Below are positions 35,355 to 64,000 of a stretch of 64,000 bases of DNA, piece after piece (position 1 is the stretch's first letter; every line of letters begins with the position of its first letter). The stretch lies in NCBI RefSeq assembly GCF_964204645.1, contig NC_134034.1, forward strand, positions 1,798,072 to 1,862,071, given 5' to 3'. Under the pieces are notes generated by a model. It saw only the letters and a program-made list of their open reading frames with translations, did not search any database and was not told the DNA's origin. This stretch comes from Tubulanus polymorphus. Its lineage: Eukaryota > Animalia > Nemertea. The position numbers were made by a program, and so were the translations under genes.

Positions 35355-35494
35355 ACCGTGATCTGAAAGGCGGTACCTCTATGGCGAGGCCTGTCATTGC
35401 ACAAAGACTGGTTGACCCATACGATCTCCCCAAATGTGGGAGACTCGGGTGTACAATTTCTGGTAGTGGGGGACTGCGTACGCGCTATCCCCTC
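34232..35494 (+). ncRNA. U1: U1 snRNA gene interrupted by a retrotransposon (5' part 34232-34268, 3' part 35369-about 35494)
   Basis: Starts ATACTTACCTGG; stem-loop I CCGT-GATCTGAAAG-GCGG; loop II ATTGCAC; Sm site AATTTCTGG; terminal stem GGGGGACTGCGTACGCGCTATCCCCT. Removing the insert and one TSD copy gives about 163 nt. Confidence 0.95.
34269..35352 (+). mobile_element. 5'-truncated non-LTR retrotransposon (L1/Tx1-like) inserted in U1
   Basis: 16-bp TSD CCACCGTGATCTGAAA at 34253-34268 and 35353-35368. AATAAA at 35291 followed by an A38 tail (35315-35352). Open frame from the 5' junction to TAA at 34600 (LDKRVIYFGL...ICNYVITVLKWTLYKNHRK...HLW) resembles an L1/Tx1 ORF2 C-terminus. The 3' UTR contains a (TA)n tract. 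Confidence 0.85.
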
Positions 35495-37042
35495 TATATG
35501 AATAAAGAATACATTGCCCTCTCAAACTGTCAACGTCCACAACTCGCAGAACTAGTGGTATCGTGATGCCTGAATCCATGTGAGAGGAACGCGGAATGTT
35601 TAAGTCTTCGCCTAATCGCTCTATTTATCTGAAATTAATTGTTACTATGTCCATAACGTTGTTAGGTCCCTTATAAACCTGCCAACCACTTCTGGCGAGA
35701 ATGAAACGGGGTTTGATATCGGGATAGAGGTTATACGTAAGTCTATATGACTGCCTGGTGGCCGTCTTCAAAATCGAATTCGACTGCCCGGCGGCCATCT
35801 TTAAGACAAGAAGTTCGATCGACGATGTCTTCTTACGTCACATTGCGTAACGTTAACGCGTTTGGTCGGATCTGGAATTATATAGTTGTCGATCTCGGCA
35901 ACAACAATCAACGTCCGACGTAACGAACGTAAGCGGCGTGTGACGCGCTATCTCCGTTGACGTTGACGTTGTAAGAACGCTGGTGCGCGGCGTAACGTCG
36001 TTTCTCACATCGAGCAAGTCCGTAAGAAGCGCGCGCGTCTCGTACGTGTATTTTCAATACTCGCGGATTATCAACAGATTAACGAACATTTGGATAACGG
36101 ATTAAGCGCAATTACGATGCGGATTAGTGAAATTGGATTAGCGTCGGATTATTCGTAGGTGTTTGAATACGGATTAGGCCGCGAATAAATTCATAAACGC
36201 GCTTTTATCTAAAGTGAGTATATTTCGGATGTAGATTTTCTCGAGTTCCGACGACGAAATTTTCTGAACAATCTAAAAATAGAAAGAGAAAACTGTGAGA
36301 ATTTATTTCTTAACTAATTTTTCTCTTGTGATATCGGAACCTTTCGAAAGCGCTACCTCATTAAATCAGATCCGGGTAGATTTTTTAGGTAGATTTTTTT
36401 TTTCTGGCGGGGGTAAAGGGAATGAGTCTTCCTCGGTATAGATCGAACCAAAATGTGACCCGCGCCGTTTCGTTCCCGGCAGGCGTGACCGTTTCGGTTT
36501 TTAAGGGACACACGACAGATAAATAGAATCCAAATCGATCACATGAAAATAAGATGGAAAATCGTCGGCTTTTTCGCGTGATTAAAGAATCGGAATAATT
36601 CTGAAATTTATAGAGAGTCAAATTAAATCGTGAATTGTGGAACCGAGGTATGTTTTATTCATCCCGGCAGGTGTGACTGGTCGACACACGACAAATCAAG
36701 CAATCAAACATAGGAAAAATCATCCTTAAATTGGAAATGACAAATCAAAAGTCAATTTTATCTGACAGACCGTTTGAACTGGGACAGGCAGATGTGGACT
36801 AGCGGGTCTCTATCGAGGGATCCGCCAAATCAGTATAAACCAAATCCATGCCTTCTTAAACTTGGAAAAAAGGCCAAACTCGTTGAAATGAATTTATTAT
36901 TGTTTAAATCTATTGATATTTCCCGACGCTGTTGATTGTCTATTTTAACGTAATTCTAATCTTATTTTGGAAATATCGAGAAAAGCTCAATAATTCAGAT
37001 TATTCAGAGCTCGCGGCAATGGCGGCACCGGAAGTCAATTAT

Positions 37043-37157
37043 TCAGTCAGTCAGTCAGTCAGTCAGTCAGTCAGTCAGTCAGTCAGTCAGTCAGTCAGTC
37101 AGTCAGTCAGTCAGTCAGTCAATCAGTCAGTCAGTCAGTCAGTCAGTCAGTCAGTCA
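37043..37157. repeat. (TCAG)n microsatellite
   Basis: Directly visible. Confidence 0.95.
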
Positions 37158-40100
37158 ACTGAAAACGTTTTCGATTAAAGCTCATTCCCTTGTTCTCTTG
37201 TTCTGTTCCGTTCCTAATTGAAAAATATCAATTATTTCACGCCAGAATGAAATTTCACTTGTAAATTAACTTCCTTGTCGTTTCCCGAATCGAATCGATT
37301 GATTAAATCAGATTTTAGACCCAGCTGTTGGGAGGAAGGAGGGGGTTAATTAATACTCGTTAATAGTTGCATTTATTCAGAGAAATCAGAATTAGAAGAA
37401 ATCAGAATCAATAGAAATATTCAGCAGCGAAAAGATGAGGAACGAAAGCCTAATTTAGTCGATATTCAGCGAAGGGAGCGGGAATTTTTCGGGTCGTGGG
37501 CCCCCGATTAAGGGGAGTACAAGGAGCACATATAGTGCTCTCGTTGAAATATTCCCTCGGACCCTTTTTAAAGCAATATTTTTCGGGCCGATTTTTCTTT
37601 TAGATTTCTCGTCAATGTCACATTCGAGTGTCCCTGCAAATTGCATTAAAACGCATTGAGATTTCCAATATTTCCCTGCGTGGAAGGTTGCTTTTAAAAC
37701 AGTTTCGCCGCTTCAGCATCTTTGTGCTCCTGTCAGATTTTGCCTCTTGATCAGTCCACGGCGAAGGGAACGGGTATATACGTGGTTGTATAGTTCGTCT
37801 GTCCAATCACGCACTTTCTCTTTCGTCTGGAAACTTTCTGCCTCTGTTTCTCCCGTCTCTGCGCAGACGGCTGAATGTTCTACCGAGAAGTATATTCAGT
37901 CTTGCGGAGGGGAGAATAAGCGTTTTAAAAGGGCCTCGGATTCTTCGTCCGAAGCGAAGAGAAAGGAACGATTCTCTTCTAGATCGTAGATTCCTTTTCT
38001 ACGGTCCACACAATGCGGAAATACAGAACGGAGCGAATAATATGGTGAGATTCGTTTGTAACGTAGATTCCTTGTCCACGGCGAAGTGAGCGGTGTAGTC
38101 TTTCGCTGAATCACGTCGATCGAATAGCTAGCCTAGCTGCAAGCGATGCAAGCGATACAGAGAGAGAGAGAGAGAGAGAGAGACAGAGGCAGAGATTGAA
38201 AAGATTGCGGACGGGAGGGGAGAGAATTTGGACTATGTAATGATGAGAAATTCTGGTGTTTATGGTATGTGTGTTACGTACAGCGAGGTGGCATTCCGCA
38301 CACAAAACACCAGAACAACACAAAAACTACATCAATCTAAACACAGGATATATAGCAGTGCGCCGTGGTGTGAAACAAGGGTCGATTCTGAAGCTACTAA
38401 TGTTGATGCTGCTGCTGCTGCTTCTAAACAGATTCAATTTCAATTTATTTCAAAACAACAAGAGAATGAATGAAATGTCTGGGTACGAATTTAAAAGATA
38501 CCCTAAGTAAACAAAGGGTTGATATAGCTAGGGGCGAGGGGGGACTCAGAGGATCTGCACCAGTAAGTCGAGAAGATACACAATGTCCGTGTAAATAAAT
38601 ATCCTAACTATAGAAATCCCACAAGGATTCAAACAAAGATTCTAAGTTCTTAAGTAAAAGTTTATGAGTAATGTTTCGGCTAAATACTATTAGCCATCGC
38701 CAGGCGTATCAGTACTCCTGATAATAATGATAATAATAATCATAATTGAATTGAATTAGTCTATAGAAGAAACATTGCTCAAATACAGTCAAATCTCGTA
38801 TTCAAACTGTAACAGACATCTTAAAACTTAATTTCTTTAAAAAATTGCTGTCTCTCTTTCTCTAACCAAAACTTGAGTAAAAGAAGACTTTTTGATAATC
38901 CGTTGATACCACGGTGCAAAATAGATATATAAACTATTCATGGACTGCACATTTTCATTGATTATTCAATTCGCGGATAAGTTCAGCAAGGGGGCGCAAA
39001 GGGGCAGGGCACGATGGGTTGGGAGCAAGCGTCGCCTTCATGTCTATCGTGGAGCATCAGAGAGTCTAGAAAGTAAAAGTTCACAAAACGCATTTTTCTA
39101 ATTATCAACCCGTCATTAAATTCCAATCCCCATTTCCTGCCGTTGTGTCACGTCACGCTGTTCTGAAATCGACTTTAAGAGTTTGAATTCTAACGGCGGT
39201 TTAAAAACTCATCCGCGCGCGGTTAGGATTGACTTCCGGCGACGCACGATCGGTGTATTACACCGCGCTCAGGGGGAGGGGAAGAGGCAGATTCAGGGCG
39301 AACTTTGGTTATCGGAGGTTCGATAAGATGATTACTCTCTATGGTAAAACCGAATATCAGTTTTAGTCAGGACTTCCGAAAATAGCGAACCACGCAACTG
39401 AGCGCGGTCGCTGAAGTTCGGACCTAGTTCCAAGATGGCCGACACTGTAAAATGCGTCAGTACCGAACTATTATCGGTCATTCTGACCACCTAGGACCAC
39501 TAGTCAAGACTAACTATACCGAACTGAAATTCACCCGAGCAATGTTCCATGTGCTCCGGATGATAGTTAAAGTTGGGTTCGAATCCCACTGGCTGCTTAC
39601 ACTGTGGAGGTAACACTTCAAAGGCAGATGGCCCCGGTTAGATGTGAACACCATCAGTTAAGGGTTAAATTTTCTGGGGGAAACCAAGATCAGAACAAAG
39701 GATAAAAACGAGAGGTTATCGAAATCTCGCGTGATCTAAATGGTCGATTTTAGAGACGGTGAATCTAAGTATTTTCCATTCTGTGAAATCAAACTGTCAA
39801 ATACATGTAAATATATCGATTGTTTTTCTTTTACAGGATATGTGTCCCGGTTAAACGACAACATCAGGAGCAGCAGATTGTGAGCGAGAGAGAGACAGAG
39901 ACAGAGACTGTTGTTAGTAAGATTCAGCGCCATTTATTAGTGAATTGCCCGAACAATTTAGCGTAATTTAATAAAACTGGAGCGCGGAGACAAACGACCG
40001 TTTATCCCTGCTGATAATCCCAATAGACACACTTCACTCGCAACGGTTTTAATCCCTAGGGTGCGACCGATCTGCATATCTTTCCTGCTGTCTATTCGTG

Positions 40101-41641
40101 TTACATATCGAACTGTCTTCTGCCGCATCGAGCTAATAATAGGATAGCCGACTGTCAATAGGAGACCAGTCCAACCGGACACCAGTCTCATCGGGAGCCA
40201 CGATATCGAGGGTTTACGGCGCTGTGATTGGTTGTTGATTTGTTGCGGTTGGCCGATAGGGACCAGTCCAACCACTGGACACGAGTCCCCGAGGAAAATC
40301 GGGGCTTTTGCTTGCAACCTTTACGACCGGTAACCAGTCTACGCTCGCGGACGATCAGGGCACCAGTCCACTGATAACCAGAATTCTATTCTGGACACCA
40401 GTCCAGTGGTCCCCGTTCAAGAAACTGAAATCAATAGTAGCAAATGGTAGACACGGACACCAGTCATCTGATGCAGATAATAAACCGGACACCAGTTCAC
40501 CTGTAGACTGGAACCAGTCCAACACCGGGTTGTAGTAGCCACTACCTTCATATATAGATCAAGTTTCAAAAGCCAGTGCCCCGAGGTCCCTTTACAAAGC
40601 GCCATCGCTACGATACGAGTTCTAACCGAAAAATTGAAGTTCCATTTCATTAAGCGAAATTGCGTCAGCAGCATATGGCACGCACTACACGCACTGCGGC
40701 AATCGACTGCACGCACTATGCGTGGTTGATTGATGTACCGAGAATAAAGCGGGATTAAATCCAAATCTCTTTTTACTCGTTATCACATTAAACAGGTGTT
40801 ACTCCCTTTATCCGCGCCCTCCCCCCGTACTACACCCCCACCCCCTCCGATTCGAAAACACCGCATGCCTATTCCGCGCATCCGCTGTACGAACCGACCG
40901 CGACGACAATCTCGCATCATCTCGCGATAATTGCCGAGACATCTGTTGCGAATTGTCTCCAAAAACGCGAACAACAATAGACAACTGTGAGAGCCGCGCG
41001 TGGTGAACCTAATTATACCGTAATTCATCTTATATTCTAAACACAAACTTCGTAATTCCTTACATCTCAACTGGGGATCTATCGAAAATATCCACTCATT
41101 GATAATTCCGATCAGATCATCTCTGCCGGATTAACTAATCTATCTACTAACGGATAATCCGGTACTGTAATTGATTAAACGATTTGATGCATAGGTCGGA
41201 GCGATTATTTTCGGTATAGAGTTTGTGTAACGTGTTTGTGAGTACGCGTTGATCTAACGGATCTAACAAGACATAGTGTATTCGCTGTAATTAGGTTGTT
41301 GATAAGCGTTTGGAGAAAGAGGAGAGAGCAGAAAGAGTAGAGAGAAAGTAGAGAGAGAGGAGAGAGAGGGCAGAGTGAGGACAAGAACCTCTCACATTAT
41401 ACAAACATAGGCGCTCGTAGATGATACAAGTGTATCGACGCGCGATTGACTCATCGCAAAAGATGTCTGCGATTATTTCTAAATCGTGATAATTTTCCAT
41501 CCTAAGCGGATCTATATATATATATATATAAATATAGATATATATCGGAACTCTAGGATTATGTACGTATGCCGGGGAATTAATTTACTCTCGGATTAGG
41601 TATATTGTTTGTGCGCTTTAGCTGCGGGATATAGCGAGGAT

Positions 41642-60886
<19,245 letters not shown>

Positions 60887-61814
60887 AAACGCGCCGCGCT
60901 ACTTACAGGGATTGGTACGTTTACATATCAATACGCGTGGTGATTACCACCAGGCGGCGTGCGAGGTATCCATTACGGATGTGATGATTAGGATTTTACC
61001 TGAACGGGTGTTAGGCGTAACGCGTCGCCATTGATTGCCAGGGACTCATTTGAATCGCAGGGATATCCGATGAAAACATCGACCATTTCTCGTTCTCAAT
61101 ACGTATATTTCCTTAGTGTAGAGTTTGTTTTTATAAAGATGGCCGCTATGGCAGCCACATAAGGCCAGGCTCTTATAATAATCCATTTGCAATACGCTTT
61201 AATTTGATATCCCACAATTCACGACCAATGCTTAGTTTTTTTGTATCGTCAGCAGATGGCGCTAGTACAACTATTCAAGATGGCCGCTGTTACGATATAA
61301 ACACTTCAAAGCGTTATTAATCATAGAAGATCTGTTTGTTCATCAAACGGACAGCAGGTGGCGCTTCAGCTACTCAAAATGGCTGCTATACAGCAACACG
61401 TGCACTTTTCACATTGAATATAGACACGCATTTATTTGGAAGCTTCAATCTATGATCACCAGGGGGCGTTGTTTTCACCTACACTATGTGAATGTATATA
61501 GGTGTGCGTGCGTGTAGTTAGATATTGATTGAATGAGAAAATTAAGATGTATAATTAATTATACCAATAATTTATACGAAAAAAAAACAAATTCGTTTAT
61601 AACAGAATAAAATAAACATTGTACACTTTATAATCTAAGCTCTTCCCTTTATTTGTTATATTGATTAAAAAGAACTGCGCAAGGTCTTCAGAATATGTTC
61701 TCTAAAAAGGAGGAGTCAGGATCTTTTTTTTATTTTGAAAAAAAAATTTGTCTCAATTATATCTGGAATCGGGTTCGTCACCTACGTACGAAATGCCATG
61801 GTGTAGACTTAAGC

Positions 61815-61905
61815 GACCCCGGTAGCTCAGTAGGATACGGCTTGTTGCTGTTGCATTGACTATCAGTTGTCAGTCAGAGACAAGCAGGTTCGACAACCTG
61901 CTGGT
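61815..61905 (+). mobile_element. tRNA-derived SINE head (family also at about 49643-49710 and 54300-54380)
   Basis: A-box TAGCTCAGTAGG, shared GATA[A/C]GGC..G...ACTATC[A/G]GT core and B-box GGTTCGAC; no cloverleaf; three diverged copies. Confidence 0.55.
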
Positions 61906-62845
61906 TGTGTTACAGTTCACCCCTGCTCGAGAGCCCCAAGCGTCGACACCACTGCTCCAACCTTCTCCAACAAGAAGAAAGATCTGGAAGATACTCAACT
62001 AAAGGCAATTTTTCCACTGACCTTTCTGAAAGGCACAACGCACAATAATACAGCCGGGCGCAATATGCTTCGAGACTGCTCGCCTTCTCAGGATGACTAG
62101 CCACTGTAAAAACAGCACCATTGATGATGAATTACTTTATATTCTATATGAATAGGGATGAGCCAACCGTCTGTCTTCATATACACATATAGATATTAAT
62201 GTAAACAGACACAGGTTGTAACAGGTTTCACGCGACCCGTCGCCCACTTCCAAATTGTCGCCACACTTCTTTCGCCTTTTGTTTTATACAATTAATCAAA
62301 CTCAACGCAAGAATGCTCGCGGTGCGGCGTAAAATATTTGTTAATTAACAAAAAGCATTCGATCGGATAGGCAAACGCTAAAACATTGGTAAGAAATAAT
62401 CTTTTCGGGAAAGCAATATACTATAAAACGTTGCGTTAACTAGAAATATACAAGTGCCAGTGTTTTCATGGTTTTTGCTGCGCTGTTTAGGTAATTAACA
62501 TAACATTAACATAAAATTTGAATATGCTAATCAGGGGCAAATTATGAAACCGTCATCTAGAACCAAATTTGGTTCCAACTCAGAAAAACAGACCCCGCTG
62601 GAGATACACAGTACAGTACAGTAATGAGCATAATTTACTGAGCTTGTGCATGAACATAATCTGGTGCCTCCCGATTGGTCGACAATACCTTTGAATTGGT
62701 GTTCTTGAGATTTCTGGCTTTTCTATGGTAGTTATAACGAATAAGACACTACTATTGAGTGACTCAGAATAGAATGTACTGCCTAACTGATGGATTTCAC
62801 AATTCATTTACAGTTTTTTCTGGTTTGCTAATTCATTTTGAAGAG

Positions 62846-64000
62846 ATGAACATCGTTTTGCTGGTTTGCCTGATGATCCAGGTTTCCTTGGCCTTCAATT
62901 TTCCAGGTATGAAAAACAATCGAAGCGTGGTAACATCCTAATCCTCTAAGCGAGGTTGAAATGAACAATATTGATGATATCATTATTTTTTGTTGTTAAG
63001 CGCTATCTTCTATTATCCTATCATATCAGTTTTCATAACGCTATTTTAGGTACCGCAAATAAGATAAAACCCCACTATTTACAAATTAAAAAGAAATCTA
63101 AAAGCACACCTAAATCTAAGGCACACTTGACGATGATCTCTAGGGTGAGATCGAAACGTCGCGTTCGTATATTTTAGATTGTTTCAATAAATAAATTTCT
63201 CGATTTTAGATTTCTTTTAATTTGTAAATGGTGGGTTTTTATCTTATCATCTGTTCACCCGACGTTTGAGTGTGGTTATCGTACTAGGTACCGCTATCTT
63301 AGGCCTTGTGTAGATTATCAATCCAAGACGTATTCGTATTGACAGGACTCTACACAGATCGGTTTAATCATACGTTTCCCAAAATCTCGTTAAATTTCCA
63401 GAGCAATAAAGATAATGATGATAATATCTTATAAGAGTAATTTTTAGTGTCTGGAAACAAATAAACCTGCGTATATGCTTACAGGGATGCCTCGTCAGGT
63501 GCAAAATATTATTGGAGGGACATCACCCCGAGGACAAGACGCCAATGAAGGAGGTTTTGACGTGTCCGGAATGTTGGGCCGACTGAAGAAAGATATCCCT
63601 CAACTAACGCCGGGCTATAAACAGCCTCAAAAAGGTACCCAACAGCAACAAGGTATCCAACAACAAGGTATCAGACAGCAACAAGACGGTATCCAACGAC
63701 AAAGTATCCAACGGCAACCACAAGGTATCCAACAACAGGGTTTCCCGCAGCAGCAAGGTTTCCAGCAACAGCAAAAAGGTTTCCAATCGCAGACGAGACC
63801 TATTCGGCAAAGGCGCCGAAGACGACCGCGTCCCCGATTGCAACCTCAATCCAATATCATCAAACAAAGACCCGTTCTACGGCCTCAATCTAAGCCAGTT
63901 CAATCTGAAGCTCGACCTGTCAAACAGGCAGAAATAGAGCCTGTTCAGTTTCAACCCGCACAAAAGGCTCAAGAAAAACCAGCCACACAACCTCAACAAA
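62846..64000 (+). CDS. Secreted Gln/Pro/Arg-rich low-complexity protein, 5' part only (runs off the window)
   Basis: Exon 62846-62906 encodes a signal peptide (MNIVLLVCLMIQVSLA-FNFP) and ends at a phase-1 GTATGA donor. The exon from 63485 (after TTACAG) stays open to 64000 with G[IF]QQQ repeats and RQRRRRRPRPR. TATAAAA at about 62422. Confidence 0.75.
63058..63248. mobile_element. Foldback MITE in intron of the Gln-rich gene
   Basis: ATAAGATAAAACCCCACTATTTACAAATTAAAAAGAAATCTAAAA versus TTTTAGATTTCTTTTAATTTGTAAATGGTGGGTTTTTATCTTAT. Confidence 0.6.

Noticed and set aside
39572-39596. GGGTTCGAATCCCACT B-box suggesting a tRNA
   Set aside because: No acceptor stem, D arm or anticodon arm; most likely a SINE remnant.

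Overview
Eukaryotic, intron-rich animal genomic DNA (about 40% GC, no obvious CpG depletion; consistent with a bilaterian invertebrate, probably a spiralian, but the species cannot be fixed from sequence). I assembled four spliced protein-coding genes by hand from GT-AG sites with consistent phases. (1) A 5-exon TFPT/INO80F-like gene carrying an extra C-terminal HMG box (minus, 1733-4471). (2) A 15-exon SPAK/OSR1 (STK39/OXSR1/fray) kinase (minus, 6935-16485) with a duplicated alternative first exon. (3) A 7-exon nicotinic acetylcholine receptor alpha-type subunit (plus, 41642-60886) with an atypical loop C and a candidate 3-nt microexon. (4) The 5' part of a secreted Gln-rich protein (plus, 62846 to window end). 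Also present: two identical tRNA-Lys(CTT) genes, one tRNA-Leu(CAG), a probable decayed multi-exon gene at 19.8-21.4 kb, many MITEs and SINE fragments, and many minisatellites. Two signals stand out. First, a U1 snRNA gene is cleanly split by a 5'-truncated, poly(A)-tailed L1/Tx1-like retrotransposon with a perfect 16-bp target-site duplication, suggesting a U1-targeting element. Second, CTCF-like motifs are unusually dense: they form intronic tandem arrays (one with a full upstream-plus-core site per unit) and single sites sit close to many splice junctions. Most ORFs in the supplied track are spurious translations of repeats.
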